Under the pieces are notes generated by a model. That model was given only the letters and a program-made list of their open reading frames with translations, was not told the DNA's origin and did no database searches. Positions 39,076 to 52,953 of a stretch of 64,000 nt of DNA are shown here, piece by piece. The position numbers were made by a program, and so were the translations under genes. Origin of the DNA: Octopus sinensis (taxonomy: Eukaryota); the NCBI RefSeq assembly GCF_006345805.1, contig NC_043010.1, forward strand, positions 24,180,001 through 24,244,000. Direction: 5' to 3'. The number at the start of each line of letters is the position of its first letter. The first letter of the stretch is position 1.

Positions 39076-40385
39076 TTAGCCGTGAAAGAATTCTATTTTA
39101 AAATGTGTAGATTCATGGCTCTGTAATGGAATAGCTCTTACTGTGAATATCCTAGCAGTAAGTGGACAGAATGGGTGAAAGGAATGGCATATATGTTTAT
39201 ATTCTAAGCTGTTGAATTTGCATTAACATCCAAGGGTCGATAGATAAGTATTAGTCTGTTATGGAGTAGATTAAATAGAGGATCCTCCTTCTCCCGCACA
39301 TACGTGCCCTTCAAACTGAAAGTCTCAGAATTTTTTTGCGTGCTGGAAAAAATGTTCAGCAGTAATTATTCTGCTTTTTACCATTCTGATTTCAAATTCC
39401 TCTGAAGTCAACTCTGACATTTTTGCTTTTCGGTTCGATAAAATAGAGTACCAGCCATGTACTGGGCTTGATGGTATCGCAATAATACCTTCCCCTCTAC
39501 ACAAAATTTCTGATTTTCTGTCTATCTCAGAAACACACGGCGGTAGGTTAGCGAAACTGTTAGAGCGTCGGAAAAAGTATGTTGCGATATTTCTTTCGGC
39601 TTTATTCACCACCGATAAATTAAACGCCAAATATTGGTGTTGGCGGTATGGATTCAATTCTTGCTCTCAAACCTTTTGCCTTTGTGCCACTGGGCTTGAC
39701 AGCATACAGTTTTTAGGAATAAACTCTTTCAGTCTGCTTTCTAATCCTTTGGAATCTTTTTTACCTGACGCCCATCGAAGATGGATAAAATAGATGCTAT
39801 TCCAGTTTTGGTGGCTAGGGAATCCGTGGTGGCCATCCGATACATTTTGTGGAGATTACGAAACCCTTACATTCAGAGAAATATCTACTGTTGGATAATA
39901 TACTTTATAGAGTTATGGACAACCTACGGCGCGTGGAACTTTCTGAATTGCACGCCGGAGGAAAAATAACCTTGAAATGCCTGTAGTAATGCAACCTACC
40001 TGATGATAAACGATGTCTTGTGCGGCCGGCTCGCATCTGGGAAAAGGCTGCGCATGCTTGTTTTATTGACTTTACGTAGGCTCAGGGTTCAAAGCGTGTT
40101 CAGGTTGTTACAATAGCTATCATTTAATTATGTACCTTCAATCCAACCACCCACATACCTTCGACTATGAAAACAATAAACAAACATCAACGCTATGAGT
40201 TTTATAATTTATATTATATCAAAATAGTTGTTGTTGACTCCATCTTGATTTTATGTTCCATGAAGAGAGACAACTCTGTCTTTACTGAGTTTATCTCCTT
40301 TGCTTACTTTGTCATATTACGATTAATTTGTAGATATATACATCCTCAAGTGGTGTTAAAGTCAGGTTATATTATATTTGTAATT

Positions 40386-41070
40386 TAGGCGGCTAGCAGG
40401 CGGAATCGTTAGAGCGTCGGACAAAATGCTTCTCTGCATTTCGAATGTCTTTACCTTTTATCCTTTTGAGATCGATAAAATAAGTATCAGTTTATAACTG
40501 GCATTGATATAATCGATATGCTCCCGCCCAAAAATTGCTGGCCTTGTGCCAAAATTTGAAATCAATGTCATATTTATAATTAAGGCGGCGAGCTGGCAGA
40601 ATCGTTAGCACGCCGAGCGAAATGCTTAGCGATATTTCGTCTGCCGTTGCGTTCTGAGTTCAAATTCCGCTGAGGTCGACTTTGCATTTCATTCTTTCGG
40701 GGTCGATTAAAAAAGTACCAGTTACGCATTGGGTCGATATAATCGACTTAATCCATTTGTCTGTCCTTGTTTGTCCTCTCTGTGTTTAGCCCCTTGTGGG
40801 TAGTAAAGAAATAGGTATTTCATCTGTCTCTACGCTCTGAGTTCAAATTCCGCCGAGGTGGACTTTGTCTTTCATCCTTTCCGCGTCGAAAAATTAAGTA
40901 CCAGTTGAGTACTGGGGTCGATCTAATCGACTAGCTCACTCCCCCAAAATTTCGGTCCTTGTGCCTAGAGTAGAAAAGAACAAAATAAATACCAGTTGCA
41001 TACTGGGGTTGATGTAATCGATTTACCCATTCCCCAAAAGTGCTGGCCTTGTGACAAAATTTGAAACCAG
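40386..41070 (+). mobile_element. SINE family B cluster: monomer, dimer and 3' fragment head-to-tail
   Basis: Units at ~40386, 40583 and 40985. TTTGTAATT at 40377-40385 and 41071-41079 (possible TSD). Confidence 0.85.
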
Positions 41071-41265
41071 TTTGTAATTAATTGATGGTCAAACATTATA
41101 ATTTTCTCACTGATATCATGTATCTATTGCAAACGTTAATTGAATAAGTGTTTACATTACTTACATTTGACGAATATTTGTCCTCATCTTGTTTGTTGTT
41201 GACACGTTTGGGCTGATATACCCTCCAGCCTTAGGAATGAGAACCCAGGTTCGAAATTTCCCTAA

Positions 41266-41311
41266 GACACCTGATGAAGGTTTGGGGGTATATCAGCCGA
41301 AACGTTGTGTT
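41266..41311 (+). ncRNA. Minimal type I hammerhead (palindromic ACGU stem III, GUU site)
   Basis: GACAC-CUGAUGA-A-GGUU...AGCC-GAAA-CGU-U-GUGUU. Confidence 0.65.
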
Positions 41312-41324
41312 AACAATTGTTGTT

Positions 41325-41474
41325 GGAGTGGCTGTGTGGTAAGTAGCTTACTTACGAACCACATGGTTCTGCGTGGCACCTTGGGCACGTGTCTTCTGCT
41401 ATAGTCTCGGGCCGACCAAAGCCTTGTGAGTGGATTTGGTAGACAGAAACTGAAAGAAGCCCGTCATATATATG

Positions 41475-41565
<91 letters not shown>

Positions 41566-41800
41566 GTCTGTGTGTGTGTCTGTGTATGTTTGTGTGTCTG
41601 TGTTTGTCCCCTCCAACATCGCTTGACAACCGATGCTGGTGTGTTTACGTCCCCATAACCTAGCGGTTCGACAAAAGAGATCCATAGAATAAGTACTAAG
41701 CTTACAAAGAATAAGACCTGGGGTCGATTTGCTCGACTAAAAGCAGTGCTCCAGCATGGCCACAGTCACATGACTGAAACAATAAAAGAGTAAAAGAGTA
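41325..41800 (+). mobile_element. SINE family A
   Basis: GGAGTGGCTGTGTGGTAAGTAGC head, core, (TA)n(TG)n, tail ...CAGCATGGCCACAGTC...AAAAGAGTAAAAGAGTA. Confidence 0.9.
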
Positions 41801-43132
41801 ACACACAAGATGAGGACAAATATCCATCAAATGTAAATAACGTAAATAACTCTTCATCTCTTAAATATAGAATTGTATTAAGTTTTTGTAGAGTACACCG
41901 AAACAAGAAAGGAATGTGATTGTCTAAGAGTTATCCTTAGAACATCAGTTAGTACAGCCTTTAAAGAAATTTCTTTGTCATCGGAATAATTTCATAATAC
42001 TTTGATGATTCTGTGCAATTTAACGTTGCTAAGCAACAACACAGATGTTAATTTTATAATGAAATCCAAATGTCGTTTATCCTGTTTTTTGAGATTTCAA
42101 ACGATTTGCGCAAACATTACACAACGCGAACGACATTTTGCTAAGCATATTTGTTTCAATTCTTCACTGTAAACAGTTAAACTTTTCTCTTGCTTTGTCA
42201 TATGTTTTTTTTTTAAGAATACCACTCAAGGATTGCTTTTTCTTTAGATATTCAGTTTGGGATTGAACAGGCAGACAGAAGAAGTAATGCATCTCCATAA
42301 TACCCTGATTGCACGCAAAACATGGCTACGGATGAAACCCATTTGATCACTGGATGGTTAGAACAGAGACCACGTGGGCAAAACAATACCAACCTTCTTC
42401 TGAAGACCTACGTTAAAGCTCTTATTGTTATTCATTGACATTGTTTTTATGGAAGGACGACAAGACCATAAAACTATATTCAGAAAATGTATATGACGAA
42501 AGAAATTTAGACCAACAGAAACATAGATTATAAAGGTAGAGTTTTCCAGGCTGTTATTGTTATTGGTGGTGGTAGTAGTAGTACTACTGCTGCTGGTGGG
42601 GATTGTGGTGGCGGTCATAGTGCTAATTAGCTGCACTAAACACTGACTGATCGAAACTATGACCAAAGATGTTCCTGCGATCATCTTTCCGTCATGTCAT
42701 TTCAGATATTATCCAGTATCACCTCCCATATAGTTTTAACTTTTTTGAACGCGGACAGCGTATATTTCCGGTCAAAATGCTATTTGATAACAAAGGAAGA
42801 CGGTCGTACCCAGGATTTTTGATAAAACCTCTCTTGCAGGAAACGGAACTCACCCATCCCCACCAGTGAAGCTTTTATAAACGACAATTTTCCAGATTTT
42901 CTTAATATTTTTCATATATTTCATCAAATATCTCTTTACAGAGCGAGAATTAAATATTTTTAGTAGTGGAATTAAAAACCATACCTACACGAGATACGGA
43001 AAAAGTATTGAAGATATTGAAAATATGAATTCTATCTTTTGGTGGGTAATTAATATTATTACGGGAACGACCATGAAATTTAATTACGCTATTAGAGGCT
43101 TAAATAATAGGGAGAGATATCTTTTACCATTT

Positions 43133-43363
43133 ATTTGTTTCAGTCATTAAACTGCGGCCAGGCTGGGACACCACCTTAAATTTCTAGCCAAATGAATCGA
43201 CTCCAGTACCTATTTTTTTTTTAGCCTGGTACTTATTCTATCGGGTCTTTTGGCGAACCGCTATGCTTCAGATAGGGTTGTCAAGCGGTGATTAGGGGAT
43301 AAACACACACTTGCACACAAACACACCACCCACACACACACACACACATATATATATATTATA

Positions 43364-43394
<31 letters not shown>

Positions 43395-43560
43395 CATGAT
43401 GAGATTCCTTCAGTTCCGTCTACCAAGTCCATTCGTAACGTTTCGGTCGGCCTGGGACTACACCAGAAGACACATGCTTAAGGCGACACGCAGTGGGATT
43501 GAACCGATACCATGTAGGTTGGAAGCTAGCTTCTTACCACACAGCTACGCATGTCCCTAT
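43133..43560 (-). mobile_element. SINE family A
   Basis: TTGTTTCAGTCATT...CTGCGGCC...CCGAACCGCTA...TTCAGTTCCGTCTACC...CGCAGTGGGATTGAACC...CTTACCACACAGC. Confidence 0.82.
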
Positions 43561-43644
43561 AAAGAAAGTTTTCTTGCTAAATGTTTAGAGAGTTCCCTTG
43601 TTGACAATGGTGTCAGTTTTGCTGATACTGGTGTAGTTGGGTTA

Positions 43645-43862
43645 ATAATTTTGAGCAAGTTATTTTGTGTCATGTTGCAGTCAACCCCCTGGCAAAAATG
43701 TGTTGTACCAGTAATTCAAAAATAGACAGCCTTGTCTCATTCACCGTTACGCCCTGAGTCTGTGGAGTGCTCAGCCATTTGCACGTTAAATTCAGGAGCA
43801 GACTTTTCCGTTGGTTGGAACCGTCAACTAGAACCGATGTCGTCGAAACTGACGGAGTGCAG
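43645..43862 (+). mobile_element. SINE family C, headless
   Basis: GAGCAAGTTATTTT...CTGGCAAAAATG...GGAGTGCTCAGCC...CTGACGGAGTG. Confidence 0.6.
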
Positions 43863-44552
43863 GTTATGGTTATTAATGGAAACATGGTTGCAATTTGGAG
43901 CAGGTCAATCGAAAGCTGTAAATGTTCCATCATTAACTCGAGCCGATAAGCACAAATGTATAAATGTAACAGGTAAACATCGATACACATATGAACACTT
44001 CTTCTAAACGATAAAAAAAGATACTATCACAGAAATTCTTTGACCCGATGGACCAATAACATTTCTAACTTAAAAACCATTTGTATTTTCCCCCTAATCA
44101 ATACCATTAACGAGATAAATCAAACATAAAAGGCGTTAATAGTAAAAAATCTTCCTCTAGTTTATACTTTTTTGGTCAACTCACACAAAGTTACCGATGA
44201 ACGTATTTCCATATTTTTTCCCCAATCTTTTCAGACGATCTGGTAATTATGATCTGTATTTTCCAAGAGTCTTTGATTGCTTGTTTTTATTGTCGTTATT
44301 GTTGTCGTCGTCGATGTCGGTGTTGTTGTTGTTGTCCTTGTTGCTGTTGCTGTTTTCTTCGTTTTTTTTTCTTGTTTGTTATTGTTATTACTTTTGTTGT
44401 TTCCGCTGACGTTATTTCTGTAGTCCTTCCTGAATGTTTATGTTAATTATTAATAACCGTTATTTACCGTTGAAAAGCGTTGGACGCAATGATTTCATTT
44501 ACTTCATAAATAGTCATCAGATATATATTTGTATCTATAAACGGGAAAAAGA

Positions 44553-44605
<53 letters not shown>

Positions 44606-45189
44606 TAACGGGAGCGAAAATATTAAAGGAAATGGTTAAATAAAAATAAAATATAAGACTATATAGTTAGTTGCTTTTGCTATATATTGGTAAGTTTTAT
44701 GGCAGAAGTAAATATTTCCAGCGAACATATTACATATTACTGAATCACATGATAAAATATTTGGAGACTTTTAAAAGATATTCTTTGATGCTTGTCACCT
44801 CCCTTCCCAGAACAGGATTAAAGAAATACATACAAACGTGCACATGGGCACACTTACACACACACCCACAGTATATGTATATATACTCACACAACGCGTA
44901 TATATATATATATATATTATATAATATATATATTATATTATATATATATATGTACACACACACTATGTATATACATACGTGTGTGCATGTATGCTGAATA
45001 TACACATATCAATCTGTATATATGTAAATATATGTTTATATATATATATACATAATACACAAATTATATACATATACATACAACATATATATATATACAC
45101 ACACATATCATATACATATATATATATATATATATATACAACATATGTATATATATATATATATATATATACGAGATGTATGTATGTAC

Positions 45190-45223
<34 letters not shown>

Positions 45224-45327
45224 GTACATACATACATCTCATATACATATAACACACAAACACACACACACACACATATATATATACCTATGTATGTATA
45301 CCTGCATGCATGCATTATGTATGCGTT

Positions 45328-45383
<56 letters not shown>

Positions 45384-46734
45384 TACAAATATGTGCATTC
45401 TTATATACACGACAATGCCTGTACCTAGTTATATATATTGACGGATTTACTTTAGTGTAACTTGAAGATTGTTTTATTTGAACTGGTTTCTGTGAAAAGA
45501 ATTTATTGGAGACAATTTAAATGTATAAAGCAACATCTATTTGTTCTGTTTACGATACCGTAGTTAAAAATGAATGGTGTGTTGTAGTTTTATGTCCATG
45601 TAGGATGAGGCCGATGATGTGTCCAGTTATCCTGCTATGCTAATTCGTCCTATGTATAAAGGAGATTTTATAGCGTTAGTTCATACCTCGTCAGATCTTT
45701 TGATTATTTGATTCGGTACAAAAGCTTAATATTTATAAGCGTGGGAAATAGAAAAGTATGAACTTTTTGTTAGAGTTTCGTCATGGATGTAATAACCCGA
45801 CTTTTTAGGAGCTATCTGTTGCTCAAACGGCCATAACAGACAAAAAAAAATTGTAGTTCATGTTACTTTTACGTCTCGGAAAAAGAAGCCATATATTGTT
45901 TGAGGATCATAACAGGAAGTTGAAACGATCATCCATTTCCCAATGGCTTTAGTTATATATTCGAAGTGGACTGACTTTCATCGCAGTCTGATGCCATCTT
46001 TGTTACGGTCTTGGTTAATTATGACCGTATTGTATGTTTTGTAGGTCCAACCGCGTCAAATATTTTAAAGCTTCATGCTAACACCTACAGAAAGAAAAGC
46101 GCCAATTGGCAATGAGCAAGTGAATGAAGGTGACATTATGCTTTGTTTAGAAATCAATATGTTTAGTTCGAACTCAGTCTGGTGATATATACATCCATCA
46201 ATATAACACCTGAGACTCGATTATAAAACGAATGGACAGAAACATAGTGTAGATGAAATCACTAAAAATGTTTTCATCTCCAAACGTGACGCTGATTATA
46301 CGATTAACTATCACGAAAACCGCTAATCTTATACAATTCGACATATCTGAAACCCCAACGATGTTTACGAACCGAGGAAATGATACATGGCGAACAACAT
46401 TTCAATTCACTGTCATTTGAAATCTGAGCCGGAACATATAACGGAAGGCATTTTATAAAATCCACAAGAGTAAACAAGAGAGACAGAAACAGGCAGAAAC
46501 AAGGAAAATGCTCCTTGTATTTGAATTATGTGCAAATATTCTTTTAACGTACTTTTCATTTAATTTTTCCAAAAGTTAATTGTATTCCATACTTACAGTT
46601 GAAAAAGTCTCAATGACTGAAAACGGTACTGAAATGTTTTTATAAAATTATTTTAGTATTTTCTACCTTGAATTTTGGTTAACACCACACACACACACAC
46701 ACACCACCCACACACATATATATATAATATATAT

Positions 46735-46776
<42 letters not shown>

Positions 46777-46974
46777 CTATATATATATATATATGATATA
46801 TATACGAGGGAGTGCAAATAATTCCTGCTTTAAGGATATCGCGAAAAGCGTGGTTTGAGCCCCACCCCCGAGTTCTTTCGGAAAAACTAGAGCACCGCTA
46901 CAATAAGTGTGTAAATCTGAGAAGATACCTTGAATTTTTTTCCACATATATATATATATAAAATATCCATTCAC

Positions 46975-47062
46975 AAGTCACACTTTACCAAGGTTCCACG
47001 CAGTGGGAGTAAACCCGGAACCATGTGGATAGGAAGCAAGCTTCTTACCACAAAGCCACGCC
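46975..47062 (-). mobile_element. SINE family A 5' fragment
   Basis: CCAAGGTTCCACGCAGTGGGAG...CCCGGAACCATGTGG...GCAAGCTTCTTACCAC. Confidence 0.75.
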
Positions 47063-48344
47063 AAAAGAAAAAGGCTGTCTGCTGGAACATCTCTTAGTAT
47101 GGGTTTGCACGATCTGAGGTACAGCTGTACTAAACCACAACAGGAAATTTAGCTAAGCTTTCTTCAAATCATTCCGTATCGACTTCACAGCCAAGAATTG
47201 GAATGATACATGAAATACATCATTTAAATCTGTTCAATAAATGCTCTGACTTAAAAAAAAATAATAATAAATACAGCAAGATTGTCAACAGCTGAAATGC
47301 TTTTCATCAGAGGCTGGAAGATGAAGGCGATTTTTGCAGGGTGGCTAAACTACAACAAAATCATGAACAGCAACAACAAGAGCAACAGCAGCGACAGCAA
47401 CGGAAGAATATTGAAATACATCGATATATTTCATCTAGTTCTATTTGCATGAATCTATTTACGATATATCTAAATAAGAACAACAACCATATTAACCATC
47501 ACTCCAATGACTTCGTGTACTTCTTCATCAAACTGGTGCACGTGAATTCCAAAAAAGAATGTTCAATTTCCTGTAAATATTTTTCCAATGTGCATATGAA
47601 ACGAAAAACGAAAATTTCATTAATATAGCTTTCGCTTTTTGCGTTTTTTCTTTCCCCCCACCACATTTTTTCTATATTTTCTAAAACTTTCAAATATATA
47701 TTTAGCATGGACCAAATGTTATCGCAGTGTATATACGCATGTATTTATTTATTTATTTATTTTGGTCTTTTTTTAGAGTTATTCATATTCGAAGTTAACA
47801 TCGACCAATAACTATAGAATTTTGACTATTACATTTTGAATTTTTCGTGTTCTTTTTTACTCTTGTCGTACTTTCCGTCTGTATTTGTTTTATGTTATTT
47901 TTTCCGTTTATTTATATTATATTTTCAATATTGACATTGTTTTATTTATTTACTTATTTAATTATTCATTTATATATTTATTTACTTATTTTTGGTTAAC
48001 ATTTTGACGCTATGCAATTAATTTCCTCGATATAATTACTCTCCATATACGGTCTAAGTTGAGGCGTTCACTTTCTCACTTCCAAGCACACACACTCACT
48101 CATATGCTCTCTTACTTTCGTTCTTTCACCCTTTTCTCTCTCCTTCTGAATCTCTCTCTAACAAACTATCTATTTATCTACCTACCATCAATCTACTTCG
48201 CTAGAGGACCTATTAGCGCAACGAGATCAATTAAACGGACATAGAAGTATTGGGGCGAAATTAGTACGTTATGTGTTCGTATTGTACACACATACACACA
48301 TACACTTACGTCTTTATACATGCATATATATTTATGTATGTATA

Positions 48345-48422
<78 letters not shown>

Positions 48423-48504
48423 TTATATTATATATTTATTTATATAAGGTGATATTGAAGATGATGATGATGGTGGACGACGACGACCAGAAATTGATAA
48501 TAAT

Positions 48505-48680
48505 AAAATTAGAAGAAGAAGAAGAAGAAGAAGAAGAAGAAGAAAAGAAGAAGAAGAAGAAGATAGAAGACGGAGAAACGAAGAAGAAGAAGAAGAAGAA
48601 GAATAAGAAGAAAAGAAGAGAAGAAGAAGAGAAGAAGAAGAAGACGAAAGAAGAAGAAAAGAAGAAGAAGAAGAAAATTA
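48505..48680. repeat. (GAA)n-rich polypurine tract
   Basis: Direct inspection. Confidence 0.95.
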
Positions 48681-48757
48681 TGCGGCGGAAACGAACACAC
48701 TCTCGAAATTGAAGGCAGTTCATCATCGTAGAAGAATTACCTACCTACCTACCTACC

Positions 48758-48792
<35 letters not shown>

Positions 48793-49253
48793 TTATTTTA
48801 TTTTATTTTATTTTACCTAGTTTCAGCTCATGAGCTGTGGCCATGCTGGGCAAACGCCATATATATTATATATATTATATATATATATATATATAGATAT
48901 ATTAATTAGAGGTTAAAATAGTCTCCTTAAACGATAATAATATCTGATGAACTAGTGGTTCATTGTGAATAGATAACCTGAAGTGACTGCCGGATGATTT
49001 TGAACTCAAACAGCCGGAGTAAATGGACCAAACAGGCTCCTGATCCATTGCCTTCAACAACGAGGTTAACGTTGACTAATGAATAGTGGAATCCTTTCGG
49101 TTAAGCACAATGGCATTGCACGTTAAAAGGCTAAGCCTTAAGGTATATTGTTCAGCTTGTTTTACAAATCTTTTGCGTAGGAACTTTTTATCATTCCATG
49201 GCTGAAATTCTTCAAAAATACCTTCGTCCCTACACTCGTATCTATACACAGAC

Positions 49254-49284
<31 letters not shown>

Positions 49285-49311
49285 AGATACATCTGATATA
49301 GGATAAATTTT

Positions 49312-49411
49312 NNNNNNNNNNNNNNNNNNNNNNNNNNNNNNNNNNNNNNNNNNNNNNNNNNNNNNNNNNNNNNNNNNNNNNNNNNNNNNNNNNNNNNNNN
49401 NNNNNNNNNNN
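49312..49411. other. Assembly gap (100 N)
   Basis: Run of N. Confidence 1.
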
Positions 49412-49652
49412 AAAAAGAAGAATTGTCTAAAGCATGTGTGTCGCTATATGGCTGAAGTATATATGTGTGTGTATATGTGTGTTCGTGTGTACGCGGAATG
49501 CGTGTGTATGCGTCTTTGTATTTATCTTTGTTTCCGGCCACCGCTTGACAACCGGCGTTCGTTTTCTTGCGTTCTCATAACTTAGTGATTCGATTTAGTG
49601 ACCGATAGAATAAATACAAATATGTTTACATATTCAACCTTTGTTCAAGCCA

Positions 49653-49945
49653 GTGAAAGTGCGTGGCTAAGTAGTTAGGCTGACGCTGGTAATGTTTTCA
49701 GTACGATATCCAGTGGCACTTTGTGTCGTTGAGCCAGACGCTTTATTTTGCGTTGCTCTTGTCTACTCAGTCGCCAAATTGAGTTGTATCTGTTATTCAA
49801 ATGCTCGCCTTGTCAAATTTTGAATGTCCCTAAGAACTATGTTAAGGGTACGCGTGTCCATGGTGTTCTCAGCCACTAGCAAGTTAATTTTGCGAGCAGA
49901 CATTTCCATTTATTATATCAACTGGAACCTCCGTTGCCATAATAA
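49653..49945 (+). mobile_element. SINE family C, diverged
   Basis: GTGAAAGTGCGTGGCTAAGTAGTTAGG head, TTGAGCCAGACGCTTTATTTTGCGTTGCTC core. Confidence 0.65.
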
Positions 49946-50779
49946 GCGGAATCTGATTTTCAAGCAAACCAATGTGGGTCCGAAGTTTCGATCGCCTTGT
50001 TAAGATAAGCAGCTAACTCCACATAATTGACACACTGAACGGTTCTTAAAAGGTGGAAGGACACATTAGTCAAAGTAACTTCATATAACTTCATGAAAAT
50101 GTGATAGCCATAGTTAGAACACATTTGATCATCGCGTTTTGTCCACTCAACGGCTGGTTTGGGGTTAAATAACAAACAGAAAAACACCACCAAATCTACA
50201 AAGATCACCTTTTGATCATATCTGTATAATTTTTCTAAAATTTTCTTAAAATATTTTTTACAAGAGTTTCATCCATTATCTCTTCTGACTTTCGTTTTTT
50301 CCCTCTGTCCTGCATTGTTGTTTTCTAATGCGTCGAATATAATCCTTGACCGAACCGAAAAAATGTATTCAAAGACTGTTGTTATTGTTATTGTTGTAGC
50401 TGATATTTTTGTGGAGCGGTGATTTCTGTTGTTTTTGTAGTTACTTTTATTTGTTGTTTTTGTTGTTCTTGCTTTTGGTGATCTTTTTATTGTCGCTGTT
50501 GTTGCTTTCGTTGTTGAAGTTGTTCTTGTTTTAGTTTGTTTGTTTGTATTTTTGTTGTGGTTTTATTACTGTTATGTTTTTTCTTATTATATTCATCATT
50601 ATTATTATTGAATGTGAAAACTGCATGTCATCAAAGTGACGCAGGCGTACAAATAGACGAAACCCAGTATACCCAACATGACTATCCGTCAGATAAGGGT
50701 ACACCAGGCACATGCATCACAATCATATGTGCGCGACACAGTGATCTCATATGAAGATAAACAGCGCAAGTGGGGCCGA

Positions 50780-52390
50780 GTTAAAATTTTCTTCAGGTCG
50801 AGTAGCCCATTCGAGTAGCCTAGTCGAGTAGGTTGTTGATTTTGAAGGTATTGTATCTACCGGCGGTTTGTACTGTATGTCAAGTCACAACAAGGACCTC
50901 AGACAGAGAGTACTTTACGCACTATATGTGTAGTTCCAAGTAATGCCAATTTTTGCAACACACCTAGATTGTAGGTTATTTCTAAGGTCTTCAGATGGTT
51001 TTTTTTTCAGATTGGGTGGTATTGAACTCAATACTCCGATGGCATTAGGGATAACCTTTATGTTTGAATCGCGTAGCTGCCATATCTTAGCGATCTCAAT
51101 TCTCAGGTCTCCATATTTATCAGTCTTTTCTGTTTCTTTCATGATGATATGTTGATCTCCTGGCACTACCACGTGAATTATTAGGTGCTATTTTTTGTCC
51201 CCTCTAAAGGTTACTGTACCTAGTCTTCATTGCTCTAATACCTTGTCCGAGGGGATTTTTGCCCACCCTCCTTCATCCATTATATTTTCCGGTGTATGTT
51301 GGTACCAAACACCCGTAAGTTCATATCCATACTTACAGCATAGTAGGCAGTGGAGGTTTGGGGCTACCATGTTGTGTCTACCCTTGTACTCTTTTTGCGC
51401 ATGACTTTCACAAGCACTTACAATGTGAGTCACGCTTTCAACCCTCTTCCAACACATTCTGCAGAGGTTCGTTGAACTTGTGTGATATATATTCTTTTTC
51501 ACTGAGTTGGTCCTGAGGCAGTGATGATTAGGCTTTCAGTATTCTTCTTTAGGTCACCTTTGTTGAGCCACCGCCACGATGCTTCCTGATCTTTTAATTT
51601 GTTGGTTTCACGGTGGAACTGACCATGTAATTCCATACGGAGTAGGGTATCTTCTTTCTCGTCCATTTTTGTTAAATCCTTTTGCATTAGCTGTATACTG
51701 AAACAGGTCTTGTTTTGCTGATTACCAAACATTCTGTCACGTTTCTTCTTTCACTGTTGATGCACCCTCGTACCCTAATCATCCCACGTCCACCTTTACC
51801 TCTCTTCATGATGAGCCTGTGTAGATTTGTCTTAGGGTGGTGGGCACCATGCATTGCCATTGTCTTTCGGGTAGTGCGATCGAGTTGGTCAATCTCCGTT
51901 TGTGTCCATTTCAGGATGGGTGCAATATAGCGGACTATAGCAACCGTCCATATGTTGGTGGCAGTCACAAGATTTCTTGAGTTGAGCTTTGATTTCAAGA
52001 GAAGTTTGAGACGCTTGAAACATGCAGTGATGACCTTTTCTTCATTTCTCTGTGCGAGATATTGTCCTGCTTCAGGATCCCGAGGCACTTGTGCCCATTA
52101 TCATCCGGGTCTTCCATTCTCTCTCTGTTTGGCAATTTTTTGCCCCTACAATTTACCCCTTTCCTCCAAAGTAAGCACCGCACACTTCGAGATACCGAAT
52201 TCCATCCCCACATTTGCACAGTCGCAACCATCTTTTCCAATTCGAGTTGTTTTTGCGAAAAGTTTTAAATCATCCATGAAGAGAATGTGGTTGAGAGGAG
52301 GTCCATTCTTTCTCAGCTCATAGTGCACGTTGATTTTGCGTAGGACTACAGAAAGTGGGATCAAGGCTATAACAAATAACAGAGGTGAAC
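50780..52390 (-). mobile_element. R4/Dong-like RLE non-LTR retrotransposon, 5'-truncated and frameshifted
   Basis: SPLLFVIALIPL, HILFMDDLKLFAK, GMEFGISKC, HHPKTNLHRL.MKRGKGGRG, LHGQF, CRMC..VESVTHIVSAC..RH (CCHC), VVVPGD...KETEK..KY..L (RLE), LGTTHIVRKVLSV* (stop 50899-50901). Confidence 0.88.
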
Positions 52391-52487
52391 TGCCCCAGCA
52401 TGGCCGCAGTTTAATGGCTAAAACAAGTAAAAACTAAAAGAATAATCTCTTTGGAAGATACCTATTTTGATTGTCCCCTCGTCTATT

Positions 52488-52564
<77 letters not shown>

Positions 52565-52565
<1 letters not shown>

Positions 52566-52953
52566 CTTTTTACTCTTTTACTTGTTTCAGTTATTTGACT
52601 GTGGCCATGCTGGAGCACCGGCTTTAATCGAGCAAATCCCTCCCCCCGGACTTATTCTTTGTAAGACTAGTACTTATACTATCGGTCTGTTTTGCCGAAC
52701 CGCTAAGTTACGAGGATGTAAACACACCAGCATCGGTTGTCAAGCGATATTGGAGGGGCAAACACAGACACACAAACATATACACACACATACATATATA
52801 TATACATACATACGACGGGCTTCTTTCAGTTTCCGTCTACCAAACGCACTCACAAGGCTTTGGTCGGCCCGAGGCTAAATTAGAAAACACTTGCCGAAGG
52901 TGTCACGCAGTGGGACTGAATCCGGAACCATGTGGTTCGTAAGCAAGCTACTT
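52565..52953 (-). mobile_element. SINE family A body and tail; head displaced to 56362-56400
   Basis: Matches 3448-3812 and stops at GTAAGCAAGCTACTT. Confidence 0.92.

Larger units (their letters stand above)
41163..41835 (+). repeat. Penelope-type terminal repeat with an inverted partial copy, split by a SINE
   Basis: Left arm ACATTTGACGAATATTTGTCCTCATCTTG...CCAGCCTT is the reverse complement of right-arm pieces at 41277-41316 and 41801-41835. Confidence 0.75.

Noticed and set aside
42854-42935. Minus-strand candidate exon ending at G|GTGAGT
   Set aside because: Good donor and one open frame, but a weak acceptor and no homology recognised.
47341-47628. Gln-rich ORF as a host exon
   Set aside because: Low-complexity CAA/CAG run, no recognisable domain, no convincing splice pair.
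48436-48726. K/E-rich and F/S-rich ORFs
   Set aside because: Products of the (GAA)n tract.
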